A DNA stretch of 64,000 nt from the NCBI GenBank assembly GCA_015067075.1, contig SVND01000003.1, forward strand, positions 20,632 to 84,631, given 5' to 3'. The notes beneath the pieces were generated by a model. That model saw nothing but the letters and a program-made list of their open reading frames with translations. It did not search any database and had not been told where the DNA came from. This document shows, piece by piece, positions 1-9,376 of the stretch (positions within the stretch are counted from its first letter, which is position 1; every line of letters begins with the position of its first letter). Origin of the DNA: Oscillospiraceae bacterium (GTDB lineage: Bacteria > Bacillota > Clostridia > Oscillospirales > SIG530). The position numbers and the translations under genes were made by a program.

Positions 1-78
1 TCTGCGCCCTTTTTGCCGCGCATTTTCAATCCGCCCGAGGTCATGCTTTTAACTTTAGAAAAGGAAAATACAAAATGA
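1..78 (+). CDS. 3' end of a probable metallophosphoesterase (YkuE-like), partial
   Basis: Frame 1 reads SAPFLPRIFNPPEVMLLTLEKENTK*, resembling the R-x-x-N-P-P-E C-terminal motif of this family. The TGA (76-78) overlaps the rsmG ATG (ATGA). Confidence 0.55.
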   Translation, partial: SAPFLPRIFNPPEVMLLTLEKENTK

Positions 79-794
79 ACGATTATGAAATCTTACGGCA
101 AGGCGCCGAAAAAATGGGAATATCTCTTTCCGCCGATCAGATAGAGCGCTATCGCATTTTCACTGAATACCTTTTGGAAATAAACAGCGTTATGAATCTT
201 ACGGCGATAACTGAGCTTCCCGAAATAATGACAAAGCATTATCTTGACAGTCTGACGCTTGTGCAAACGGAGCTTATCGGCAAAAACGCCGCCGTTATTG
301 ACGTTGGCTGTGGCGCAGGCTTTCCGGGTTTCCCTTTAAAGCTTGCACGAACCGATATAAAGCTTACACTTTTGGACAGCCTGCGCAAGCGCATAAACTT
401 TCTGACCGAGGCCTGTGCAAAATGCAATATATCCGATACAGTTTGCGTTCATATGCGTGCCGAGGAAGGCGGCAAACAGCCGAAAATGCGCGAAAAATAC
501 GACGTTGCCGTGTCCCGTGCCGTAGCATCCTTACCCGTTTTAAGCGAGCTTTGCCTGCCCTTTGTAAAAAAAGGCGGTTACTTTTTGGCAATGAAGGGTC
601 CTGAGCCGGAGAGCGAAATTGCGGAAGCTAAGGATGCCATACGCATTTTAGGTGGCACGGTGAAAAAGGTGATTCACACCGATATTCCCGACACAGACCT
701 TCGCCACAGTATAATCGTTATCGAAAAAACAGCTCCGACTCCTGCGAAATATCCCCGTATTTCCGCAAAGATCGGAAAAGAGCCTATTAAATAA
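75..794 (+). CDS. rsmG: 16S rRNA m7G527 methyltransferase RsmG (GidB)
   Basis: Motifs MNLTAI, KHYLDS, DVGCGAGFPG, RAEE, SRAVA, MKG, TPAKYPR. Confidence 0.96.
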   Translation: MNDYEILRQGAEKMGISLSADQIERYRIFTEYLLEINSVMNLTAITELPEIMTKHYLDSLTLVQTELIGKNAAVIDVGCGAGFPGFPLKLARTDIKLTLLDSLRKRINFLTEACAKCNISDTVCVHMRAEEGGKQPKMREKYDVAVSRAVASLPVLSELCLPFVKKGGYFLAMKGPEPESEIAEAKDAIRILGGTVKKVIHTDIPDTDLRHSIIVIEKTAPTPAKYPRISAKIGKEPIK

Positions 795-806
795 TGTATA
801 ATATAT

Positions 807-1604
807 ATGAAAATTGCTTATATCGGCATAGACCTTCTCATTTCCGCACTTTTTTCCCTTATGGAAAACGATTGTGAGATCGCGGAAATATTCACCTGTA
901 AAACGGATAATAAAACAGAATTCAATACACAAATAATTGAAACTGCATTGAAGCACAATATCCCCATTTCTGTAAAAAAGGTTACTCTTTCTGATCTTGA
1001 ACGCATGGCGGATATGGGCTGTGATGCAGTTATCTGTGCAGGATATTACTACAAACTGCCCGTTTGCCCGCGTATTCCTATGGTAAATATCCACCCTGCT
1101 TATCTGCCCGTCGGCAAGGGCTCGTGGCCTATGCCCATAGCTATTTTGCGGCGCATGGAAGCAAGCGGTGTGACAATTCACAAAATCGCAGAAAGCTTTG
1201 ATACAGGCGATATTTTGCTTCAAACAAAATTTTCCCTTTCTGAAAACGAAAGCCTTGTAAGTCTGATGGATAAGGTCAATCTCGTAATTAAAGCTCTTAT
1301 TCCCATTTTGATGCACAGCTTTAGTACGCTTTACGAAAACGCTCTGCCGCAAGGTGACGGCGAATACTGGCAAGCGCCGACGGCTGAGGATTGGACTGTG
1401 ACACATGATATGGATGCGGAAGCTGCTGACAGGATATTCCGAGCCTTTTTAGGCTACGAATGCATCTACCGCACAGCCGAGGGCGATTCCTTTGAGCTTA
1501 TCGGAGGCAAAATATGCTTCGAAAAGCCGCAAAGCAATCACTTCTTTGTTATGGATAACGGCGTTTATATAACTGCCGATAAAATAACAGAATTAAAAGC
1601 ATAG
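807..1604 (+). CDS. Formyltransferase family protein (Fmt-like, short C-terminus)
   Basis: VNIHPAYLPVGKG, SGVTIH and FDTGDIL give the N10-formyl-THF formyltransferase N/H/D catalytic set. Confidence 0.8.
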   Translation: MKIAYIGIDLLISALFSLMENDCEIAEIFTCKTDNKTEFNTQIIETALKHNIPISVKKVTLSDLERMADMGCDAVICAGYYYKLPVCPRIPMVNIHPAYLPVGKGSWPMPIAILRRMEASGVTIHKIAESFDTGDILLQTKFSLSENESLVSLMDKVNLVIKALIPILMHSFSTLYENALPQGDGEYWQAPTAEDWTVTHDMDAEAADRIFRAFLGYECIYRTAEGDSFELIGGKICFEKPQSNHFFVMDNGVYITADKITELKA

Positions 1605-1627
1605 CCCATACACCTTTTTGATTCATT

Positions 1628-1665
1628 GGCGGTGACAGCCCTAAAACGGCTGAACACCGCCTTTT
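1628..1665 (+). terminator. Probable intrinsic terminator
   Basis: GGCGGTG-ACAGCC...GGCTG-AA-CACCGCC stem followed by TTTT. Confidence 0.6.
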
Positions 1666-1763
1666 ATGATTTCTTTGCAGTTCTTTCAATGATTTGGTTT
1701 TTATACATCTGAAATTTATTTCTCATATTTCACATAAAAATATAGCTATACAATAAAAAACTC

Positions 1764-1792
1764 TTGACAATCAGATATTTTTGATGTAAAAT
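1764..1792 (+). promoter_or_regulatory. Sigma-A type promoter
   Basis: TTGACA-17 bp-TAAAAT upstream of the HAD gene. Confidence 0.7.
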
Positions 1793-1823
1793 ATTATGGC
1801 ACGAGCAAAGAGGAGATAGCTTC

Positions 1824-2480
1824 ATGATTGATAAAAGCGCAATAAAAGCCGTTTTGTTTGATATGGACGGCGTTTTAGTTGATAGTGAGCATTATATGCG
1901 TGAAAGCGCAAAGGAAGCTCTGCGCCTTTGGAATGTGGAGGCTGTCGATTCCGATTTTACCGAATTTATCGGTGCGGGCGAAGATAAGTTCGTCGGCGGC
2001 GTTGCTGAAAAGCACGGCGTGAAATACGTTACCGAGATGAAGGATATCGCTTATAAGATATACGGCGAGCGCGTTTCCACTGTAAATATCGCCTGCGACG
2101 GCGCGAAGGATATCGTTCGCGAGCTTAAATCGCGAGGATATAAAACTGCCGTCTGCTCAAGTGCAGACATCGTTAAGGTAAAGATAAATATCAAGTCCAT
2201 CGGACTTACAAACGACGATTTTGATCTGGTTCTATCAGGAAGTATGGTGGAGCGCAAAAAGCCCTTCCCCGATATTTTTCTTGAAGCGGCAAAGCAGCTT
2301 GGTGTTAACGCTGAAAGCTGTGTCGTAATCGAGGATGCTATCAACGGAATTCAAGCAGCGAAAGCGGCTTCGATGCAAAACATCGCTGTAACGACATCGT
2401 TTACTCGCGAGGAGCTTGCCGAAAAAGCATCTCCCAACCTTATTATTGATAAGCTCTCCGAATTATCGGATGCATTATAA
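1824..2480 (+). CDS. HAD-IA family hydrolase (beta-phosphoglucomutase/CbbY-like)
   Basis: Motifs FDMDGVLVDSE, KKPFPDIF, VIEDAINGIQAA; RBS GAGGAG. Confidence 0.9.
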   Translation: MIDKSAIKAVLFDMDGVLVDSEHYMRESAKEALRLWNVEAVDSDFTEFIGAGEDKFVGGVAEKHGVKYVTEMKDIAYKIYGERVSTVNIACDGAKDIVRELKSRGYKTAVCSSADIVKVKINIKSIGLTNDDFDLVLSGSMVERKKPFPDIFLEAAKQLGVNAESCVVIEDAINGIQAAKAASMQNIAVTTSFTREELAEKASPNLIIDKLSELSDAL

Positions 2481-2509
2481 AAACAAAAGAGCTCGCTCTT
2501 TTGTCACAC

Positions 2510-2585
2510 GGGCTCATAGCTCAGTTGGTAGAGCGCTGCGTTCGCAACGCAGAGGCCAGGGGTTCGAATCCCCTTGGGTCCACCA
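2510..2585 (+). tRNA. tRNA-Ala, anticodon CGC
   Basis: 76-nt cloverleaf: GGGCTCA/TGGGTCC acceptor stem with G3:U70, D-arm AGCTCAGTTGGTAGAGC, anticodon arm CTGCG-TTCGCAA-CGCAG, GGTTCGAATCC T-arm, encoded CCA. Confidence 0.97.
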
Positions 2586-2592
2586 AAACAAG

Positions 2593-2639
2593 CAGATCCG
2601 AACAGTTCGTCGCAACGAAACAGTTCGGATCTGTTTTTT
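2593..2639 (+). terminator. Terminator after tRNA
   Basis: CAGATCCGAAC...GTTCGGATCTG stem then TTTTTT. Confidence 0.75.
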
Positions 2640-2651
2640 ATAGGAGGCAAA

Positions 2652-3833
2652 ATGAAAAAAAGATTTCTTATACTTATAAACACGCTTTTGATTCTCTGTA
2701 CACTTTTATCACTTGTCGGTTGCGTTGCCAAAAATACAACGATATCCGATGAGCCTGAACAGCACGGCACAAACACACCTACACAAAATCCCACTCCGAC
2801 TTCTGCCGAAAATGTTACGACTGACGGTGACGACAAGAACATAAGCCGCCGCAGATACGGTCTTGCCGAGGATCTTAAATATTTTAAGCTTATAGGCAGA
2901 ACGCAGATTCTCGATGAAGGTGTATCCTGCGACTTCACCGCATCGGGCATTGAGTTTGAGGGAGTTATGAGCGGCGACGTTGTACTCTTACTTTCCTGCG
3001 ACCGCTCTACATATTTTACAGTTTATATCGATGGAAAAAGAGTTGAGGAAAGATTTTGCGCCGACAGCTTTAATCCGTTTATAACAGTTGCAAGCTTTGA
3101 GGGTGAGGAGCTTCATAACGTTCGCATTCTCAAGCAGACCGAGCCCCAATGGTCGCTCTCCATACTTAATGAGATCTTTATTACGGGGTATCTCAACGAC
3201 GCGCCGGCAAATAAAGAGCTCTACCTTGAATTCATAGGCGACAGTATCACCTGCGGATACGGAAACCTAGCCCAAAGCGATACGCCAAACGCAGGTACTG
3301 CTCTCTACGAGGACGGCACGCAGGCATACGCATTTATGACGGCAGAATCACTTGATGCCGACTATTCTATCGTTGGCTGCAGCGGTATCGGTATAGATAA
3401 GAGCTGGACAGACTTCAACGAGTCCGATTTCTATCCCAAGGCTTCCTTCTACCGTGACAGAGACGGCGCTGATTACAGCTTTGCACGCATTCCCGATCTC
3501 GTTGTTATTAATCTCGGTACCAACGACAAAAGCCGCGGCAGTACCGAGGCTGACTTCAAGACCGGCGTTCGCGCTCTTATAGAGTATGTCCGCAGTTCCT
3601 ATGGCAGCGAAATCCCTATAGTTTGGGCACATAATATGATGGGTAGCTGTAGATTTGAATGGACAGAATCCGTGCTTGAGGATATGGGCGGCGAGGATAG
3701 CGGCATATACTTCGTAAAACTCGCGCAGAATAACGCAGGCGGCAATTCTCACCCCGAGCTTTCAGCACACAAGATTGCCGCAGAGGAGCTTACAAGATTT
3801 ATCATTGATAAAAACATCCTCGTGTCAGATTAA
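2652..3833 (+). CDS. SGNH/GDSL esterase lipoprotein (CE2 acetylesterase-like)
   Basis: AGGAGG RBS before ATG 2652; lipobox LVGC; T/P-rich linker; GDSITCGYG, NLGTND, SHP motifs. Confidence 0.85.
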   Translation: MKKRFLILINTLLILCTLLSLVGCVAKNTTISDEPEQHGTNTPTQNPTPTSAENVTTDGDDKNISRRRYGLAEDLKYFKLIGRTQILDEGVSCDFTASGIEFEGVMSGDVVLLLSCDRSTYFTVYIDGKRVEERFCADSFNPFITVASFEGEELHNVRILKQTEPQWSLSILNEIFITGYLNDAPANKELYLEFIGDSITCGYGNLAQSDTPNAGTALYEDGTQAYAFMTAESLDADYSIVGCSGIGIDKSWTDFNESDFYPKASFYRDRDGADYSFARIPDLVVINLGTNDKSRGSTEADFKTGVRALIEYVRSSYGSEIPIVWAHNMMGSCRFEWTESVLEDMGGEDSGIYFVKLAQNNAGGNSHPELSAHKIAAEELTRFIIDKNILVSD

Positions 3834-3915
3834 AGCGATTAGTTTTTAAATTATTTTAGAAGCTTTATTGATGTTACAAAAGCTTTTTTATAGACTTGAA
3901 TTTTTTTGCTCCACC

Positions 3916-3946
3916 AAAAATCGACAGGCTTCGACCTGTCGCTTTT
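3916..3946. terminator. Bidirectional terminator between convergent genes
   Basis: CGACAGG/CCTGTCG stem flanked by A and T runs. Confidence 0.6.
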
Positions 3947-3947
3947 A

Positions 3948-4778
3948 TTATGTAACGGCATTTTTTACGCTATATGCTTTTTTGTATTCTCGAGGTGTCA
4001 TTCCTTTATATTTTTTAAAGGTCTTGCTGAAATAGCTCAAATCGTTGAAGCCGCAGGCAAACGCCGCCTCAGTAATTGATTTTTCTGCCATTTCAGCGCA
4101 CGCTCGCTCAATTCTTATTTCGCTGACATATTCCGTTATCGTCTTTGACGTATATTCCTTAAAGATGCGGCATATGTATTTTTCGCTAAGCCCCATAACC
4201 TGCGATAATCTTGAAAGCGATATAAGCTCCGCGGCGTGCTTTTCTATCCATTTTATTATGGACATTACCGTGTCGACACCCCTGTCCTTTGACTGCTCTT
4301 TGTTTTTCACAATGTATCCAAAGCTGTACATCTCGTAGAAAAGCTTATACAAAAGCCCTACTACCTCAAGCTCATAAAAGGGCTTTTCCTCGCGGACTGA
4401 GCAAATAAGGCTGTCTATGGTTTTGATTATCACTCTTTCACTTGTAGATACGAAGTGCTTGTATTCAACAGAGCCGTCGCTTTTGTGCCTGTCAAGCATT
4501 GCACCATCAAAAACAAGACACTCATAAACGCAAGAGTCGGGATATCCTCTTTTCAGACAGCCGCCTTCTACGAAAAGGCACTCTCCGCTTGTCAGATCAT
4601 ATTTTTCCTTGTTAAGATAAACGGTCAGCTTGCCCTCCAACACCCTTATTATTTCAAATTCCTTGTGCCAATGGGACGCCATAATATACCGCGGGTGCGA
4701 GCTGTCAATGTAGTAATATTCTATAGGGAAGCTCAGTGTACCGTGTTGCTTTTTTTCTATCAGCTCCGAATATTTCAT
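3948..4778 (-). CDS. AraC family transcriptional regulator (cupin + HTH)
   Basis: HWHKEFEI cupin; ACGFNDLSYFSKTFKKYKGMTPREY HTH; divergent from fucI. Confidence 0.92.
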   Translation of the reverse strand: MKYSELIEKKQHGTLSFPIEYYYIDSSHPRYIMASHWHKEFEIIRVLEGKLTVYLNKEKYDLTSGECLFVEGGCLKRGYPDSCVYECLVFDGAMLDRHKSDGSVEYKHFVSTSERVIIKTIDSLICSVREEKPFYELEVVGLLYKLFYEMYSFGYIVKNKEQSKDRGVDTVMSIIKWIEKHAAELISLSRLSQVMGLSEKYICRIFKEYTSKTITEYVSEIRIERACAEMAEKSITEAAFACGFNDLSYFSKTFKKYKGMTPREYKKAYSVKNAVT

Positions 4779-4889
4779 ATATTTCTCCTAAAAGCGAAAA
4801 TAATTATAATTTTAAGTGTATTTTGTACAAGTATTATACACCATTTTATACTATAATACAAGTATAAATAAAAAAATCGGAGGTTTAAT

Positions 4890-6692
4890 ATGACACGCTC
4901 AAGACTTATCGGTGGATACCCTGTTATCGGGATACGTCCCGTTATCGACGGAAGACGCGGACCGCTCAAGGTTCGTGAGGGACTTGAAGAGCAGACCATG
5001 GGAATGGCACGCGCCGCGGCAAAGCTATTTGAAGATAACCTCAAATATTCCGACGGCACTCCCGTCAAGGTCGTTATCGCGGATACAACCATAGGAAGAG
5101 TTGCAGAGGCCGCGGCTTGCGAGGAGAAATTCAGACGCGAGGGAGTGGCTGTAACGCTCACCGTTACGCCTTGCTGGTGCTATGGCTCCGAAACTATGGA
5201 CATGGATCCCAACACAATAAAAGGTGTGTGGGGACTTAATGCTACGGAACGCCCCGGTGCGGTGTATCTTGCTTCCGTGCTTGCAACGCACGCACAAAAG
5301 GGCTTGCCCGCGTTCGGCATTTACGGACACGACGTAGTTGATGCCGATGACGACACTATCGGCGAGGACATAAAGGAAAAGCTTCTTCGCTTTGCGCGTG
5401 CAGGCGTGGCGGCGGCTACTATGAGAGGTAAATCCTATCTGCAGATAGGCTCCATATGTATGGGTATCGGCGGATCTATAATCGACTCTGATTTTCTTGA
5501 ATCCTACCTTGGGCTTCGCGTTGAATCTGTTGACGAGGTGGAGATAATTCGCCGAATGACGGAAGGCATTTACGATGAGGCGGAATATCAGAAAGCGCTC
5601 AAATGGGCAAAAGAAAAGTGCATCATCGGCTTTGACAAGAACCCCGATTTTGTTCGCAAGAGCGACGCAGTCAAGCAGGAGCAATTTGAGTTCGTTGTAA
5701 AAATGGCTGTTATTATAAAAGACCTTATGCAAGGCAACGATAATCTTCCGCAGGGATGCGAGGAGGAAGCTGTGGGTCACAACGCTATCGCCGCAGGCTT
5801 CCAAGGACAAAGACAGTGGACAGACTTTTATCCCAACGCCGACTTTGCCGAAGCAATACTCAACACGTCATTTGACTGGGAAGGTGCACGTGAGCCCTAT
5901 ATTCTCGCAACTGAAAACGATGTTCTCAACGGTATCGGTATGCTCTTTATGAAGCTGCTGACAAACCGTGCGCAGATGTTTGCCGACGTTCGCACATATT
6001 GGTCGGGTGATTCCGTAAAACGCGTCACAGGATATGAAATAGAAGGCAAGGCAAAAGCTTGCGACGGCGTTATCCACCTTATAAATTCAGGTGCATGCTG
6101 TCTTGACGCAAGCGGCGCGGCAAAGGATGAACTTGGAAATTCAGTAATGAAGCCGTGGTATGAGATGACGGAAGCTGACATTGATGCTATTATGGCTAAT
6201 ACGACGTGGAATCCCGCCGATAACGGCTACTTCCGCGGCGGCGGTTATTCCTCTCGCTTCGAAACGAAGGCTGAAATGCCTGTTACAATGATAAGGCTCA
6301 ATCTCGTTAAGGGGCTCGGCCCCGTGCTTCAGCTTGCTGAGGGCTGGACCGTACATCTTCCCAATGAGGTTTCCGACACCCTTTGGAAGCGCACGGACTA
6401 CACTTGGCCCTGCACTTGGTTTGCTCCGCGATGCGACGGCAAGGAGGGCAGCCCGTTCAAAACAGCGTACGAGGTTATGGCAAATTGGGGCGCAAACCAC
6501 GGAGCAATTTCATACGGCCATATAGGTGCTGATATAATCACACTTTGCTCTATCCTTCGCATTCCCGTTTGCATGCACAACGTGCCTGAGGAAAAGATTT
6601 TCCGTCCCGCCGCATGGAACGCTTTCGGTATGGATAAGGAAGGACAGGATTACCGTGCTTGCGCCGCATACGGCCCTATGTATAAAAAATAA
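4890..6692 (+). CDS. fucI: L-fucose isomerase
   Basis: [61 protein letters not shown]. Confidence 0.96.
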   Translation: MTRSRLIGGYPVIGIRPVIDGRRGPLKVREGLEEQTMGMARAAAKLFEDNLKYSDGTPVKVVIADTTIGRVAEAAACEEKFRREGVAVTLTVTPCWCYGSETMDMDPNTIKGVWGLNATERPGAVYLASVLATHAQKGLPAFGIYGHDVVDADDDTIGEDIKEKLLRFARAGVAAATMRGKSYLQIGSICMGIGGSIIDSDFLESYLGLRVESVDEVEIIRRMTEGIYDEAEYQKALKWAKEKCIIGFDKNPDFVRKSDAVKQEQFEFVVKMAVIIKDLMQGNDNLPQGCEEEAVGHNAIAAGFQGQRQWTDFYPNADFAEAILNTSFDWEGAREPYILATENDVLNGIGMLFMKLLTNRAQMFADVRTYWSGDSVKRVTGYEIEGKAKACDGVIHLINSGACCLDASGAAKDELGNSVMKPWYEMTEADIDAIMANTTWNPADNGYFRGGGYSSRFETKAEMPVTMIRLNLVKGLGPVLQLAEGWTVHLPNEVSDTLWKRTDYTWPCTWFAPRCDGKEGSPFKTAYEVMANWGANHGAISYGHIGADIITLCSILRIPVCMHNVPEEKIFRPAAWNAFGMDKEGQDYRACAAYGPMYKK

Positions 6693-6709
6693 AATTAAAA
6701 ACACTAAAC

Positions 6710-6741
6710 AAAGAGCAAGGATAAGCTTTTCCTTGCTCTTT
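6710..6741 (+). terminator. Terminator after fucI
   Basis: AAAGAGCAAGGA/TCCTTGCTCTTT inverted repeat. Confidence 0.7.
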
Positions 6742-6855
6742 AATTTATCTTTCCCTATATTGTTTTTCTCCGTTGACAGTGCCGTTATTTGGTGATATAT
6801 TGTTATCATAAAAGTATCTACTGATTTTCCAATGCAGATTTGCAGCTTCAAAAAC

Positions 6856-6894
6856 TTTACATACATTTTACAAAACCTCGTTTTTGATTTTACT
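6856..6894 (+). promoter_or_regulatory. Putative Pho box (PhoP-type repeats)
   Basis: TTTACA at 6856 and 6867 and TTTACT at 6889 sit in an 11-bp phase upstream of a phosphate transporter. Confidence 0.55.
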
Positions 6895-6981
6895 TTTATA
6901 TGAGAGAATATGTATGTTATGTTTGAAAACAAAGAAAATCAGATCAAGTGATCTGGAAAGAGAAAGGAAGTTTTTTTAATT

Positions 6982-8739
6982 ATGGACATTTTTGCCGTCT
7001 TATCACTTATCGGCGGATTAGCTCTGTTTCTCTTCGGTATGCGCGTAATGGGACAAGGCCTTGAAAAGGTTTCAGGTAGCAAGCTTGAACGTGCTCTGGA
7101 AAAAATGACAAACAACAAGATCAAGGGTGTTTTGCTCGGTTTAGGCGTAACGGCAGTTATCCAAAGCTCTTCTGCCACAACCGTTATGGTCGTCGGCTTC
7201 GTTAACTCAGGCATTATGAAGCTCACTCAGGCAGTAGGCATAATCATGGGTGCTAACATCGGTACAACAGTTACCGCTTGGATGCTCAGCCTTACCGGGC
7301 TTGAAAGCGACAACCTTTTTGTTCAGCTTTTAAAGCCCGACTCCTTTGCCCCTATCCTTGCTATCATCGGTATCGCATTGATGATGATGGCAAAAAGCCA
7401 GAAAAAGCAAGATGTTGGCTCAATTCTCGTAGGATTTACGGTTCTTATGACGGGTATGTCTGCCATGAGCGCCGCTGTAAAGCCCCTTGCCGATGTACCT
7501 GAATTTGCAAATATTCTTACAATGTTTACCAACCCCTTCCTTGGCGTCGCCGTCGGTGCTATTTTAACAGCCATCATTCAAAGCTCCTCCGCTTCCGTAG
7601 GTATTTTGCAGGCACTCACCGTCACAGGCAGTATCACCTTCGGAAGTGCGCTTCCCGTAATCATGGGACAAAACATCGGTACATGTATCACCGCTCTTCT
7701 TTCCTGCATCGGTGCGAACAAAAACGCAAAGCGCACAGCTATGGTGCATCTTTATTTCAACCTTATCGGTACGATAATTTTCCTCATTCTTTTCTACTCC
7801 ATCAACGCAATTTTTGCCTTGCCCTTTATGAATATGGCGCTTGAGGCTTGGCATATAGCCGTAGTACACACAATATTTAACGTACTCGCAACGGCAATGC
7901 TTCTTCCCTGCTCCAAGCTGATTGAAAAGCTTGCTGTGCTTACTATCCGCGACAAGGAAGAACACGTGGAGATCGGTCCCCGTCTTGACGAGCGTTTGCT
8001 CAACACTCCTTCCTTCGCCGTTGAGCATTGCCGCAAAGCTACGATAGACATGGCACATATCGCCGTGGACGGTCTTTTGACTTCCATCGCCGCAATGAAC
8101 GGCTATGATGCGGCGCTTGCGGAAAAAATAATGGCTAAAGAAAACGAAACCGATATTTACGAGGATAAGATAGGCTCGTATCTTGTCAAGCTGTCAGGTA
8201 AAGACCTTTCCGAGACGGACAGCTCCGAGGTATCAATGCTTTTGCATATGATAGGCGATTTTGAGCGTATCGGTGACCATGCTGCAAATATCCTTGAGGT
8301 ATCCAAGGAAATGGCTGATAAAAACATATCCTTCTCCGAGGAAGCAAAGCAAGAGCTTAAGGTCTTTGCAGATGCTCTCAGCGAAATATTGGAGCTTTCC
8401 GTTACAGCCTTTGAAAACGAGGACGTCGAGGCTGCAAAGCGCGTTGAACCTCTTGAACAGGTCATCGATGCCATTAAGGATACACTCCGTGCCCGCCACA
8501 TTTCCAGACTTCAGAAGGGCGATTGCACCATAGAGCTCGGCTTTATTTTCTCTGACCTTCTCACAAATTACGAGCGTGTTTCCGACCACTGCTCCAACAT
8601 TGCCATTGCTCTTATTGAGATACAGCAGAAAAAGACACTTGACGCTCATACATATCTCAATACGCTTAAAAATACTTTCCAGCCCGAATATGTGGAGATG
8701 TTCAACTCCTATGCGGAAAAATATAAAATAGGCGAATAA
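6982..8739 (+). CDS. Na+/Pi cotransporter family protein with PhoU-like C-terminal domains
   Basis: Two QSSS repeats (IQSSSATT, IQSSSAS), GANIGTT/GQNIGT, and ERIGDH / ERVSDH PhoU motifs. Confidence 0.93.
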   Translation: MDIFAVLSLIGGLALFLFGMRVMGQGLEKVSGSKLERALEKMTNNKIKGVLLGLGVTAVIQSSSATTVMVVGFVNSGIMKLTQAVGIIMGANIGTTVTAWMLSLTGLESDNLFVQLLKPDSFAPILAIIGIALMMMAKSQKKQDVGSILVGFTVLMTGMSAMSAAVKPLADVPEFANILTMFTNPFLGVAVGAILTAIIQSSSASVGILQALTVTGSITFGSALPVIMGQNIGTCITALLSCIGANKNAKRTAMVHLYFNLIGTIIFLILFYSINAIFALPFMNMALEAWHIAVVHTIFNVLATAMLLPCSKLIEKLAVLTIRDKEEHVEIGPRLDERLLNTPSFAVEHCRKATIDMAHIAVDGLLTSIAAMNGYDAALAEKIMAKENETDIYEDKIGSYLVKLSGKDLSETDSSEVSMLLHMIGDFERIGDHAANILEVSKEMADKNISFSEEAKQELKVFADALSEILELSVTAFENEDVEAAKRVEPLEQVIDAIKDTLRARHISRLQKGDCTIELGFIFSDLLTNYERVSDHCSNIAIALIEIQQKKTLDAHTYLNTLKNTFQPEYVEMFNSYAEKYKIGE

Positions 8740-8747
8740 AAAAATTC

Positions 8748-8780
8748 GATCCCTTGTTTTCAGCAAGGGATCTTTTGTTT
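8748..8780 (+). terminator. Intrinsic terminator
   Basis: GATCCCTTG/CAAGGGATC stem then TTTTGTTT. Confidence 0.7.
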
Positions 8781-8896
8781 AGAGCATAATAAATATTTTC
8801 TGACCGTTTTACATGCTTTTTGTCAAAAAAATGATTGATTTTAAGCTCATGATGGTGTATAATAAAGTATTATTATATAAATAAGGAGCGGTATAT

Positions 8897-9376
8897 ATGG
8901 ATAAGCTTTTAGCATTGATCGACGAAAACTGCAGATTAACAACAGAACAGATGGCAGCCATATTGGAAATGGACGAGACAGAGCTTGCCGCAAAAATAAA
9001 AGATTATGAAAAAAACAAGACTATCGTTGGATATAAGGCTTTGATAGATTGGGACAAAACTGATCGCGAATATGCAACTGCGCTTATCGAGCTGAAGGTA
9101 ACACCCTCCAAGGGACGCGGCTTTGACAAGGTGGCGGAGAGCATTTACAATTTCGACGAGGTACAAAGTCTTTATCTCATGTCAGGCGGTTTTGACCTTT
9201 GCGTTGTTTTGGAAGGCAGATCTCTGCGCGAGGTAGCTCTTTTTGTTGCAGAGCGCTTGGCTCCGATGGAGGCTGTTGTTTCAACGGCTACTCATTTTGT
9301 ACTTAAGAAATACAAGGACAAGGGCATTATTTATGACCGCGACGATCGCGACGAGAGAGGATATATCGGTTTATGA
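8897..9376 (+). CDS. Lrp/AsnC family transcriptional regulator
   Basis: N-terminal HTH, LMSGGFDL, TATHFVLKKYK; coupled to an aminotransferase as in YugG/YugH-type pairs. Confidence 0.9.
   Translation: MDKLLALIDENCRLTTEQMAAILEMDETELAAKIKDYEKNKTIVGYKALIDWDKTDREYATALIELKVTPSKGRGFDKVAESIYNFDEVQSLYLMSGGFDLCVVLEGRSLREVALFVAERLAPMEAVVSTATHFVLKKYKDKGIIYDRDDRDERGYIGL

Noticed and set aside
2510-2650. tRNA-Ala as an integration site for an island
   Set aside because: No integrase and no duplicated tRNA 3' end seen in the window.
2574-2651. N-terminal extension of the esterase ORF given in the track
   Set aside because: It overlaps the tRNA and terminator; AGGAGG points to ATG 2652.
4826-4865. TACAAGTAT direct repeat as an AraC site
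   Set aside because: Only 9 bp in very AT-rich DNA, and one copy lies downstream of the likely -10 box; could be chance.
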